This document shows positions 31,586-40,820 of a stretch of DNA of 52,183 nt, in pieces. The position numbers and the translations under genes are program-made. The notes beneath the pieces were generated by a model. The model saw only the letters and a list, made by a program, of their open reading frames with translations, was not told the DNA's origin and did no database searches. Each line of letters begins with the position of its first letter. Positions within the stretch are counted from its first letter, which is position 1. The stretch lies in the sequence record SRR2962707_1815. One strand, written 5' to 3'.

Positions 31586-33085
31586 ATGAAACAAACACAT
31601 TTCGATTTATTTATCGTCGGTGGCGGTATCAATGGTACAGGTATCGCAGCCGATGCCGCAGGACGCGGCTTAAGTGTTGGCCTGTGCGAAATGGGTGATC
31701 TTGCCCACGCCACCTCTTCTTCCAGTAGTAAGCTGATTCATGGTGGCTTACGTTACCTCGAACATTATGAATTCCGTTTGGTACGAGAAGCTCTCACAGA
31801 GCGTGAAGTGCTGCTAAAAATAGCCCCACATCTTGTGACACCGCTGCGCTTTCAGATGCCACACCGACCTCACCTACGTCCTGCATGGTTGATTCGTATT
31901 GGCTTATTTCTGTATGACAACTTGGGCAAACGCGAAACACTCGCAGGCTCCCATGGCGTTAAGTATGGTGCAGACAGCCCACTGAAAAGCGACATCAGTA
32001 AAGGTTTTGAATATTCTGACTGCTGGGTAGACGATGCCCGTTTAGTGGTCATTAATGCTTTGAGCGCACAACAAAATGGTGCCGACATCTTTGCTCGCAC
32101 CCGCTGCACATCAGCCAAACGCAGCAATGGGCAATGGCACATCACCCTGGAAGATCAACTGACAAAAGAATCCCAAGAAATCACGGCCAACGCCTTGGTG
32201 AATGCCGCCGGCCCTTGGGTGTCCTCTTTCATTAAGAGTCAGATGGAGCAAAAGCCTCCTTATGGCATCCGCATGATCAAGGGCAGCCATATCGTTGTGC
32301 CAAGACTGTATCAGCACGCCAATGCATTCATTATGCAAAACACGGACAAGCGCATCGTATTCGCAATTCCATACCGTGAGCACTACACCCTTATTGGCAC
32401 CACCGACGTGGAATACCACGGGGACCCTGATAAGGTGGCTATTTCAGAAGAAGAAACACAGTACATTCTTGGCGTTGCAAACCAGCACTTTAAGAAGCAA
32501 TTAACCAGCGCGGATATTGTCTGGAGTTACTCAGGGGTTCGACCACTCCTAGAAGATGAGTCCGACAATCCATCTGCCGTGACGCGCGACTATACCTTGC
32601 ACCTAGATGACGCCAATAGTCAGGCCCCTTTATTGAGTATTTTTGGTGGAAAAATAACGACTTACCGTCAGTTGGCTTTGTCTGCAATGAAGCAACTAAC
32701 CCCTTATTTTCCAGCCATTGGTCAACCTTGGACCCATTCACGCCCTTTACCAGGCGGCGATTTAGGCATGTCTCTTGATGCTTTCACTTTGCAATTGCAG
32801 AAGACCTATCCATTTCTTTCTGCGCACATGGCGAAGCGATTTACCATGAGCTATGGAACGCTTACACACACGCTATTGAATGCGGTTTCCTCACAGCAGG
32901 AACTAGGCACACTATTTGGTGCTGAGCTTTACCAAGCGGAAGTGGATTATCTTATTCAGCATGAATGGGCGCACTCTGCCGAAGACATTTTATGGCGCCG
33001 AACAAAGCTCGGACTTGAGTTTACCCCAGAGCAGGTCGCCAACTTAGAAAACTACATACAAGAGGCGCTGGCAAGCGCCGCTTAA
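31586..33085 (+). CDS. glpD: Aerobic glycerol-3-phosphate dehydrogenase
   Basis: GGGINGTG, TSSSSSKLIHGGLRYLE, GGKITTYR and DILWRRTKLG motifs. Start corrected to ATG 31586. Confidence 0.96.
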   Translation: MKQTHFDLFIVGGGINGTGIAADAAGRGLSVGLCEMGDLAHATSSSSSKLIHGGLRYLEHYEFRLVREALTEREVLLKIAPHLVTPLRFQMPHRPHLRPAWLIRIGLFLYDNLGKRETLAGSHGVKYGADSPLKSDISKGFEYSDCWVDDARLVVINALSAQQNGADIFARTRCTSAKRSNGQWHITLEDQLTKESQEITANALVNAAGPWVSSFIKSQMEQKPPYGIRMIKGSHIVVPRLYQHANAFIMQNTDKRIVFAIPYREHYTLIGTTDVEYHGDPDKVAISEEETQYILGVANQHFKKQLTSADIVWSYSGVRPLLEDESDNPSAVTRDYTLHLDDANSQAPLLSIFGGKITTYRQLALSAMKQLTPYFPAIGQPWTHSRPLPGGDLGMSLDAFTLQLQKTYPFLSAHMAKRFTMSYGTLTHTLLNAVSSQQELGTLFGAELYQAEVDYLIQHEWAHSAEDILWRRTKLGLEFTPEQVANLENYIQEALASAA

Positions 33086-33103
33086 AAATAACCAATCACC
33101 TCG

Positions 33104-33140
33104 AAGCCCACTTAAGCGATTGTCTAAGTGGGCTTTTTTT
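33104..33140 (+). terminator. glpD terminator
   Basis: AAGCCCACTTA...TAAGTGGGCTTTTTTT. Confidence 0.85.
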
Positions 33141-33211
33141 GCTCTACTCATAGGCAAACTCACCGTAAACCCACCTTATAGGGTTATATCCACTAGGAAT
33201 GATTATTTAAT

Positions 33212-33985
33212 ATGGACATCACGTTTTTTGATATTTCATTATGGGTTTATCTGGCACTATTCGCCGCGGCATTTTTAGCCGGCGCAGTGGATGCCATTGC
33301 TGGCGGAGGTGGCTTGATTACAGTGCCCGTGCTGCTGGCTGCAGGCCTCTCTCCCGTTGAAGCACTTGCCACCAATAAATTACAAGGTTGCGCAGGCACT
33401 CTTTCTGCGTCTTACCACTTTGTTAAGACGAAAAAAGTCAATTTGTCTGACATGTGGCTGCCCATCGCCATGACCGCCATAGGGAGCATAACAGGGACAT
33501 TGCTGGTGTCTTATTTGGACAGTCAATTACTGCTCAAAGCCGTGCCTATTATTCTGATTGCCGTCGCCTTGTTCTTTTTCTTTATGCCTAAAATACAACC
33601 CTATATCGCAAGCCGATTTTCCTTAAGTCACACCCAGTTTGCCATTATTATCGGCACCAGCTTTGGCTTTTACGATGGTTTGATCGGCCCTGGTACCGGC
33701 GCCTTTTTCTCCACGGCGTACCTTTGCTTAATGGGCTTTACCATAGTCGCGGCCACCGCTCACACTAAGATACTAAACGCGACCAGTAACTGTGCATCCC
33801 TTTTGATGTTCGCGTTTACTGGTCATATTATCTGGGCGCTCGGCATTGCGATGGCATTAGGGCAATGGTTTGGCGCGCAAGTCGGTTCGCGCCTCGTCAT
33901 CACAAAAGGGGCGACTCTGATTCGCCCAATGGTTATCTTTATGTGCCTAGCCATGTCTATCAAGCTACTCTGGAGCAACACCTAA
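33212..33985 (+). CDS. TSUP (TauE/SafE, YfcA-like) permease
   Basis: DAIAGGGGLITVP, ATNKLQ and GFYDGLIGPGTG motifs. Confidence 0.9.
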   Translation: MDITFFDISLWVYLALFAAAFLAGAVDAIAGGGGLITVPVLLAAGLSPVEALATNKLQGCAGTLSASYHFVKTKKVNLSDMWLPIAMTAIGSITGTLLVSYLDSQLLLKAVPIILIAVALFFFFMPKIQPYIASRFSLSHTQFAIIIGTSFGFYDGLIGPGTGAFFSTAYLCLMGFTIVAATAHTKILNATSNCASLLMFAFTGHIIWALGIAMALGQWFGAQVGSRLVITKGATLIRPMVIFMCLAMSIKLLWSNT

Positions 33986-34927
33986 TTGAACTAGATCGTC
34001 TGGCGTCGTTAAGCAATCCAACGGAGCATAGGCATAACACTCTTCTACCAACCATGCGAGTAGCTGCTGGACAGCGTCTCGCTGGCGTTGGGCATCTGGG
34101 CATACAAACAAATACGCGTGACCTTCATCCAGCGATTCAGTAAATGGCTGCACCAAACGCCCCTGCTGAATGTCATCCATCACTAAAGGCGTTCTGCCTA
34201 ACGCCACACCTTGCCCAGCTACTGCCGCCTGAACAGCAAGATCCCCACGGTTAAAACTGATTCCACGCGAGGGTTTCACACCTTTCGCTTTAGCAAGCTG
34301 CAGCCATTTATCCCACTCTGCGTAGGGGCTCGAAAAACGCCACTCAGAATCATCATTCAACAGGGGAACCGTCGCTAACTGCGCTGGCGATACCAACTGA
34401 CGATCATTCGCAAACGCCGGACTGCAAACAGGAAAGACCTTATCCTTTAGCAATGGAATCACTTGCCCACTATGACGAGCCAGCAAATGGCTGTGAACAA
34501 TCGCCACGTCGATTCGGTCACGCTGGAAATTCACTTCTCGCTCATTGGCTTGAATCCGTAACTGCAATTCTGGGTATTTCTCTTGCAAGCTGCCAAGCCG
34601 AGGGATAAGCCATTTTGTGGCAAAAGAAGGCATCACGGAGACCGTTAGAATCGTTGAAGACTCCTCTTCTTTTAGATCTGCAATAAGCCCACTAATCTCT
34701 GAAAAACTGTGATTCACCTGAACCGCCAATCGCGCCCCTGCGACACTCAGCTCCAAACGTCGATGGTGGCGGATAAAAAGCGTTAATCCTAAACGCTCTT
34801 CCAGTTGACGAATTTGCTGGCTTACAGCGCCTTGCGTTAGATTCATTTCTTGCGCCGCTTTCGTAAAACTTAAATGGCGTGCCGCAATGGCGAAGGTCTC
34901 TAGCCCATAAAGGGGAATGGCTTTCAT
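33965..34927 (-). CDS. LysR-family regulator, GcvA-like
   Basis: AARHLSFTKAAQEMNLTQGAVSQQIRQLE, PSFATKWLIPRL, FPVCSP and AAVAGQGVAL motifs. Confidence 0.9.
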   Translation of the reverse strand: MKAIPLYGLETFAIAARHLSFTKAAQEMNLTQGAVSQQIRQLEERLGLTLFIRHHRRLELSVAGARLAVQVNHSFSEISGLIADLKEEESSTILTVSVMPSFATKWLIPRLGSLQEKYPELQLRIQANEREVNFQRDRIDVAIVHSHLLARHSGQVIPLLKDKVFPVCSPAFANDRQLVSPAQLATVPLLNDDSEWRFSSPYAEWDKWLQLAKAKGVKPSRGISFNRGDLAVQAAVAGQGVALGRTPLVMDDIQQGRLVQPFTESLDEGHAYLFVCPDAQRQRDAVQQLLAWLVEECYAYAPLDCLTTPDDLVQLGVAPE

Positions 34928-35097
34928 AATTGTCTCGAATTAAAGGTATCTCTGCTATTGCAATAAAAAGTATGAAGCGGTTAAAAAAACAACGACAACT
35001 CTCTATTATCAAAGAAAATGCTAAGAATTTAACGGTCATTTGATTTATTTTTACAGAATTCAATTCTATCAAGCGGCGCTGTAAAACACATCAATGC

Positions 35098-35162
35098 ATT
35101 AGAAAAACTAATCCATAATACTAATTTATATCGTTTGAAATTCGCCCACTTAAAACTAGAAT
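35098..35162 (+). promoter_or_regulatory. GcvA-type LysR site plus sigma70 promoter
   Basis: ATTAG-AAAAA-CTAAT (35098-35112), second CTAAT (35121-25), TTGAAA (35135-40), 16 nt spacer, TAGAAT (35157-62). Confidence 0.65.
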
Positions 35163-35168
35163 GAGCGC

Positions 35169-35353
35169 ATCTCTTAGGTTGAACAGCGACCTAGAATATG
35201 GCTCTAAGATGGCCCTAACTGTCTTAAAGCTTGTCTCAAAATCTGTCCCTCAGTCATGTTTTGAGAAGGCTCTAGCAGCATTTCCCACAGAATCCTGCTA
35301 GACCACTGCTAGTTACTTTTGTTTAAGCCGGACCTTTGTTCGGCTTTTTTTTT
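35169..35353 (+). ncRNA. Candidate structured small RNA divergent from the GcvA-like LysR (gcvB position)
   Basis: Upstream promoter, three hairpins and a plus-strand Rho-independent terminator, with no RBS-led ORF; 5' end estimated. Confidence 0.55.
35325..35353 (+). terminator. Intrinsic terminator of the candidate sRNA
   Basis: AAGCCGGA-CCTTTG-TTCGGC followed by a 9-T run on the plus strand. Confidence 0.8.
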
Positions 35354-35370
35354 GCGCAAAATTTATCCCC

Positions 35371-35579
35371 CTAAAGACGCCCATAAAACGTCATGCGTGC
35401 CGACTCAGAAAGCGCCCCCAGGCGTTGAGTTATACGCCAGCACCACCAGCATACGAGTAATATCACCGACCACAGGGGTTACTCTGTGCATCGCATTACG
35501 GCCACGAAACATCACTAATGTTCCCGGTTTTACTTTCACGGTTGCCTGCCAACACCTCAGCCACACCGTCATGATTCAT
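35371..35579 (-). pseudogene. 3' remnant of a 2OG-Fe(II) oxygenase-superfamily gene with two frameshifts
   Basis: Reads MNHDGVAEVLAGNRESK / PGTLVMFRGRNAMHRVTPVVGDITRMLVVLAYNSTPG / ALSESARMTFYGRL*. Frame changes near 35530 and 35416-35419; HRVTP...R is the distal His and 2OG-binding Arg pattern. Confidence 0.7.
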
Positions 35580-35912
35580 ATCGATTGGGGAAGCCACAAC
35601 CAGAATTTGCCCAATTGGGAAGACTGGCTGCTCGCGGCAGGGCTTAACATACAGGTGCCAAAGGGTGGACCACACTTCAACCTGTCCAGCATGGCGATTG
35701 ATGCCGCACTACAAGGTAAGGGATTATTACTCGGCCAACATCTGTTGATAGAAAACGAGTTGAAAACAGGACAGTTAGTCAAACTTTCTGAGGTGAGTTT
35801 GCCCTTAGGGCAGGCGTATTATCTAGCCTATCCGGAACGCACGCTTGATAACCCAAACGCGGCGACCTTTATTGAGTGGATAAAACAAAAGGCCAAGGAG
35901 ATAACTCCTTAG
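35571..35912 (+). pseudogene. 3' remnant of a LysR (GcvA-like) regulator lacking the HTH
   Basis: IHIDWG...WEDWL...FNLSSMAIDAALQGKGLLLG...GQLV...YYLAYP...FIEWI is a LysR C-terminal half. The upstream part of ORF 35319 is antisense of the other remnant. Confidence 0.8.
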
Positions 35913-35948
35913 CCTTTGATGGCGTATTTCTGTTAACGACTAGTGCGA

Positions 35949-37322
35949 TTAAGCAGCTTGATCTTCAACTAACTGATCACTCAATAAATTGGCTTGAGCC
36001 AACTTTTCCATCAAGCGAACAACCTGACAGCTGTAGCCGTACTCGTTATCGTACCAAACGTATAAGGTCGCTTGATTGCCTCGAACTTTCGTTGATAGAG
36101 AATCCAAAATACCGGCTTGCTGAGAGCCGATAAAATCGGAGCTTACCGCATCCGCTTCTTCACTGTAGCCAATTTGGCCCGTCAGTTCCGCGCTGTTTGA
36201 TGCCGCTTTAAGCAAGGCATTAATTTCTTCAACAGACGTTGCTGTTTTAAGGTTCAGACTCAGTACAGCGATAGAAACGTTGATCACAGGAACACGAATC
36301 GCGCTGCCGCTCAACTTACCTTCTAGAGAAGGAATCGCTTTCGACACGGCTTTTGCAGCGCCGGTCTCTGTCATCACCATGTTCATACCGGCAGCACGAC
36401 CACGTCGATCGCCTTTATGAATATTGTCGATTAGGTTTTGATCATTGGTGTAAGCGTGAACGGTTTCAACATGACCAGAAACGATGCCAAATTTATCTTC
36501 TAGAACAGATAAGATCGGTGTAATGGCGTTGGTAGTACAAGAGGCAGCAGACACAATACGGTCATCCGCAGTCACATCGCTGTCATTAACACCAAATACG
36601 ACGTTTTTCATTTCTTTACCTGGTGCGGTCAAGACAACACGCTCAATACCAGGACGGCTCAAGTGCACACTCAAACCTTCGTGATCGCGCCAGCGGCCAG
36701 TGTTATCAACAAGCAAAGCGCTATCTATACCATGAGCTTGATAATCAACGGTGGCAGGATCTGAGGAGTAGATCACTTTCACAGGGGAGCCATTGATAAT
36801 CAAAGACTGGTTTTCTTCATCGACTTTCACCAAACCTTCGTAAGTTCCGTGAACCGTGTCGTATTTCAGTAGGCTGGCACGTTTCGCTAGATCATTATCA
36901 CATGCTTTACGTACTACAATCGCAGCCAATGCCATTCCTGGAGTAGTATGACCAAGTGTACACATACGGCGTGCTAGCAAGCGACCAATACGACCAAAGC
37001 CGTATAAAACAACAGGTGTTTCTGTGCCTGTTTGAGGTTGTGCAGCCAACAATGACGCCACATCCGCCTCAGCAAGCAGCTCTTCTAGCTCAACCGCTGT
37101 TTGACTCACATTGCTGTTTAGTACTTCTTCAAGCACCTGATACACCTGCACAAGATCCAATTCAGGATGTTGGTCAAAAAGCGCCATCAGATTGGTGACA
37201 GAATCAGCCATTAAGGTCTGACCAGCTAATTGAACTTTTACTGCTTTTTCACGACCCAATTTCCCTAACATAGGAATCATGGACTCTACTTGCGAAAGTG
37301 TTTGTAACCAAGTGCTTGTCAT
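35949..37322 (-). CDS. gap: Glyceraldehyde-3-phosphate dehydrogenase, long form with N-terminal extension
   Basis: LYGFGRIGR, SAASCTTN, TGAAKAV and WYDNEYGYS motifs; about 100 aa extension. Confidence 0.93.
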   Translation of the reverse strand: MTSTWLQTLSQVESMIPMLGKLGREKAVKVQLAGQTLMADSVTNLMALFDQHPELDLVQVYQVLEEVLNSNVSQTAVELEELLAEADVASLLAAQPQTGTETPVVLYGFGRIGRLLARRMCTLGHTTPGMALAAIVVRKACDNDLAKRASLLKYDTVHGTYEGLVKVDEENQSLIINGSPVKVIYSSDPATVDYQAHGIDSALLVDNTGRWRDHEGLSVHLSRPGIERVVLTAPGKEMKNVVFGVNDSDVTADDRIVSAASCTTNAITPILSVLEDKFGIVSGHVETVHAYTNDQNLIDNIHKGDRRGRAAGMNMVMTETGAAKAVSKAIPSLEGKLSGSAIRVPVINVSIAVLSLNLKTATSVEEINALLKAASNSAELTGQIGYSEEADAVSSDFIGSQQAGILDSLSTKVRGNQATLYVWYDNEYGYSCQVVRLMEKLAQANLLSDQLVEDQAA

Positions 37323-37396
37323 TTTTTGCCCCCGAAAAAAGACGCTGTTTCATCAATATGGGGCAAGTCTAAAGACAGTTTGAACGGAAGACAAAT

Positions 37397-37555
37397 TGAA
37401 ACAAGACTACAAAAAACCTTTAAAAACGGGTATTTAGCCTTGTTTTTTATGGAAATAACGAGATAAACAAAGAAGATTAGAAAGTTTACTACATAACCAT
37501 CAAATACAAACGGTTAGAGACAAAAATGTCAGGAGAATTCCGTAATTTGGCAACA
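37397..37555. promoter_or_regulatory. Three HexR-like boxes upstream of gap
   Basis: TGAAACAAGACTACA (37397-411), AGAAAGTTTACTACA (37479-493) and CGTAATTTGGCAACA (37541-555) resemble TGTAAT-N3-ATTACA. Confidence 0.45.
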
Positions 37556-37584
37556 AAATATGAGAGAAAATTTCATAAATTAAT

Positions 37585-37914
37585 TTATAAATTACGCTTT
37601 CTCTCGGCCAAAATCCCCAATAAACAGAAGCACCCGACAATAAGCAGAGGCCGATAGAGATAATCGACCTGAGAAATCAACCAATACACTAATGGCTGAC
37701 TCCATAAGGTCAATAAACCATAGCCAAAGGTACACATTAGAATAAAAGCAACGACTCGCGCCACAAACACCCAAGAGGAAATCGCTCGCTTAAGAAAGCC
37801 ATTTACTTTGTCCCCATAAATCACCAAACAAGTCGCCACTATCGCCAGTGAAATCTCATTTAAATGAGGTTGTAAAAAATGCGCTAAGCGAAGATTTAAA
37901 TCTAGAATTATCAT
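37585..37914 (-). CDS. Small membrane protein, DUF3392-like
   Basis: EISLAIVATCLVIYG, F.LMCTFGYG and LG.LAERK motifs; three TM segments. Confidence 0.7.
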   Translation of the reverse strand: MIILDLNLRLAHFLQPHLNEISLAIVATCLVIYGDKVNGFLKRAISSWVFVARVVAFILMCTFGYGLLTLWSQPLVYWLISQVDYLYRPLLIVGCFCLLGILAERKRNL

Positions 37915-37953
37915 GTGTCTATTGCTTCAGATAAAAGAGAGGAAGACACCTTA

Positions 37954-38535
37954 TCAAGGTGTCGATTTTTGGCTTTTTTTATACAGGGCTTCAACATCAA
38001 TTTGCCCCGACTCAGACAACACCTTAGGCTGCTGATCCACGTAGATCACCAAGACATTGAACGTGGTATTATGAAGCTCTATATAAGTGCCATCATGGAA
38101 CACCCATTTCGCTCGACCATAACCGTCACGGACAAAACCTATATTTGGCATGCCGTACTTTTTCACTAACAAGTTGCCCAGAGACTGACGCTTCTTATTG
38201 CTTTTTACGACACCAGACATAGTGGCTTTTTTCAGGTAGTCGTCACCATTGAATTGAATCGCCAGCTCCCTTACCCCTAAAATGCCTTCCGGCCCCAAAC
38301 TGTAAGTAGCCACGCCTTTTTTATAAGACGGATAAGGCTGTAAACCCATAGCTGACAGGCGTTTTTCAAAATCCTCTTTGCTTAAATCATTTACTTTCAG
38401 GCCAAACAACTCAGCCCCTTGATTCGCAATTGGCGTCGTTTGTCGATCATTAGAATCGTTCGCAGCCATACTCACTGTCGGAAGCGCAACCAACACTAGG
38501 ATGGCAAAAAATACTGCAATAACGCGCTGAAACAT
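37954..38535 (-). CDS. Hypothetical exported protein
   Basis: 193 aa ORF with RBS and an N-terminal signal peptide (SMA-A); no family recognised. Confidence 0.75.
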   Translation of the reverse strand: MFQRVIAVFFAILVLVALPTVSMAANDSNDRQTTPIANQGAELFGLKVNDLSKEDFEKRLSAMGLQPYPSYKKGVATYSLGPEGILGVRELAIQFNGDDYLKKATMSGVVKSNKKRQSLGNLLVKKYGMPNIGFVRDGYGRAKWVFHDGTYIELHNTTFNVLVIYVDQQPKVLSESGQIDVEALYKKSQKSTP

Positions 38536-38880
38536 CTCTATATTCCCTTAGAAAAACAACCATTCGTCGCTCGGTCAGCAACTCAATAGAAATGAACATT
38601 GACAGACTGTACCGTCCCAATGCTCAATTTACTCCGCTGACAGCGGGTAACCACACTACCTTAATAGCCTCACCATTATATGATTTTTTACGCTCTGCCA
38701 AACCCTTAAATGAGAAGATATACTGCATTTACTTATCTCCAAAGCTTGCTGTGCATGTCAAGGAGATACTCGGAATTATCTAGATTCAAGGCAAGCAGAG
38801 GCTAGCAAAACCTGTTAAAATCCCCGCCATTCAGCCCTCTCCTTTTGAGAGGCATATCAATTTATTTACCGAGGTAATAC

Positions 38881-39492
38881 ATGGCGCTTGTTATTGGTAT
38901 CACAGGGGTATCTGGCAGCGGAAAAAGCCGACTTTGCTCTCTTCTAGCCGAAGGTCAAGGTGACAAAATCACCGTCCTGTGCCAAGACAGTTTCTACAAT
39001 GGATGTGGTAGCATCGATCCCGATGTTTACAATTTTGATGACTTAAGTTCATTAGACCTAGAAAGCCTAACATTGGCCATTCACAACTGCAAAAATCGTC
39101 AGCAGCCAAATGAAATTCCTGAATACGACCACTCGCAACACAAACGTGTTGGCTATCGTAATCTAGAGCCAACGCACATTGTTCTTGTCGAAGGACACAT
39201 GATGTTCCAAGACGCAGGAATTCGCGACGCTGTCGATTACTTGTTCTATGTTGATACCGACATGGACATAGCCATTGTTCGCCGTCTGAAGCGCGACATC
39301 GCAGAACGAGGCCGTAATGTGAATGAAGTCACGAGCCGCTATATGCGCCACGTACGTCAAGCGTCATTGAAAACCATCGACATTCGCAGTAAAGCAGACT
39401 TTATTGTCCCGAATAATAAGAGCTTTACCAATGCCGCTAACTTGCTGCGCAGCCACATCGACTTCTTATTAAAAGAAAAAGGCGCTATCTAG
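38881..39492 (+). CDS. udk: Uridine kinase family protein
   Basis: IGITGVSGSGKS P-loop, QDSFY, YNFD, VEG and RRLKRDIAERGR motifs. Confidence 0.85.
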   Translation: MALVIGITGVSGSGKSRLCSLLAEGQGDKITVLCQDSFYNGCGSIDPDVYNFDDLSSLDLESLTLAIHNCKNRQQPNEIPEYDHSQHKRVGYRNLEPTHIVLVEGHMMFQDAGIRDAVDYLFYVDTDMDIAIVRRLKRDIAERGRNVNEVTSRYMRHVRQASLKTIDIRSKADFIVPNNKSFTNAANLLRSHIDFLLKEKGAI

Positions 39493-39501
39493 CGCCTTTT
39501 T
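39476..39501. terminator. Bidirectional terminator (udk / dnaJ) overlapping the udk stop
   Basis: AAAAAGGCGCTA-TC-TAGCGCCTTTTT. Confidence 0.75.
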
Positions 39502-39526
39502 AGTTTAGTCACGAAAGCTCGAATGG

Positions 39527-40657
39527 TTACTTTTTTATATCGTCAAAAAAGCGTTTTACACCATCAAACCAACTCTTCTGCTTAGGAGAGTGGTTACTTT
39601 CTTCTCCCATGCTATCAGACAACTCGGTCAACAATTCTTTTTGACGAGCGGTTAAGTTCACTGGTGTTTCCACAGCGACCTTACAAATCAAATCGCCTTG
39701 TGGGCCACCACGAACTGGCTTAACACCTTTGTTACGTAAGCGGAACAACTTGCCGGTTTGACACTCAGCCGTCACTTTCAAGCGCACACGACCATCTAAT
39801 GTCGGTACATCGATCTCACCGCCTAACGCCGCGGTCGTGAAGCTAATCGGTACTTCGCAGTACAGGTTGGCACCATCACGTTCAAAGATGCTGTGAGGTT
39901 TAACAGACACCTGCACAAATAAGTCGCCCGCTGGACCACCATGTGCACCGGCTTCGCCTTCTCCAGAAAGACGGATACGATCGCCTGTATCAACACCCGC
40001 TGGAATTTTAACATTAAGCGTTTTGTATTCTTGAGTACGGCCTTGTCCATGACAGTCAGTACATGGGTCAGAAATAACCTGACCTTGACCATGACACTCT
40101 GGACACGTTTGCTGTACTGAGAAGAAGCCTTGAGACATGCGTACTTGGCCTGCACCGCCACAGGTACCACAGGTTTTCGGTGTAGAACCTTTTTTCGCAC
40201 CGGAGCCTTCACACGTATTACAGTTAACCAATGTTGGAATACGGATTTTTTCTTCGCATCCCCACACCGCTTGCTCAAGATCTAATTCTAGGGTGTAACG
40301 TAAATCAGAACCACGGCGTGTACGACTTTGACCGCCGCCACCTCCGCCACCGAAAATGTCACCAAACACATCGCCAAAGATATCGCTAAAACCACCCGCG
40401 CCAGCACCGCCGCCGTAGCCGCCGCCTTGACCATTTACACCTTCGTGCCCAAAGCGGTCATACGCTTCACGCTTCTCTTCAGAAGATAAAATCTCGTAGG
40501 CTTCTGCTACTTCTTTGAATTTATCCAGAGCTTCTGGATTGTCTGGGTTCTTATCCGGATGGTACTTATTCGCTAAGGAGCGATAAGCTTTTTTGATGTC
40601 TTTTTTATCCGCGCCTTTGGCCACCCCAAGAACGTCGTAATAGTCTCTTTTGCTCAT
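39527..40657 (-). CDS. dnaJ: Chaperone DnaJ
   Basis: J-domain HPD, G/F region and four CxxCxGxG repeats. Start ATG 40657 chosen from AGGA spacing. Confidence 0.98.
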   Translation of the reverse strand: MSKRDYYDVLGVAKGADKKDIKKAYRSLANKYHPDKNPDNPEALDKFKEVAEAYEILSSEEKREAYDRFGHEGVNGQGGGYGGGAGAGGFSDIFGDVFGDIFGGGGGGGQSRTRRGSDLRYTLELDLEQAVWGCEEKIRIPTLVNCNTCEGSGAKKGSTPKTCGTCGGAGQVRMSQGFFSVQQTCPECHGQGQVISDPCTDCHGQGRTQEYKTLNVKIPAGVDTGDRIRLSGEGEAGAHGGPAGDLFVQVSVKPHSIFERDGANLYCEVPISFTTAALGGEIDVPTLDGRVRLKVTAECQTGKLFRLRNKGVKPVRGGPQGDLICKVAVETPVNLTARQKELLTELSDSMGEESNHSPKQKSWFDGVKRFFDDIKK

Positions 40658-40820
40658 CGCTGGCATTCCTGAATAGATAAAGTCTGAATTGAAAAATTTG
40701 AATAGATATCCGTGTATCTGCGCCCCTATTCACTGGTCTACAAATAGCAAAACACGGTCCTAAAACCGTGTTCGCTATAGCAACCCTTAAAACTAGGGTG
40801 ACGAAAAAAAGCGTTACGGC

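Noticed and set aside
35161-35301. 46-codon ORF (MSASLRLNSD...) over the sRNA candidate
   Set aside because: Its ATG overlaps the predicted -10 element and has no RBS; not excluded, but less likely than a non-coding RNA.
35319-35912. 197 aa ORF as an intact gene
   Set aside because: It starts at a TTG just before the terminator hairpin and reads through it; the first ~84 codons are terminator and antisense pseudogene sequence. Only the LysR C-terminal half is meaningful.
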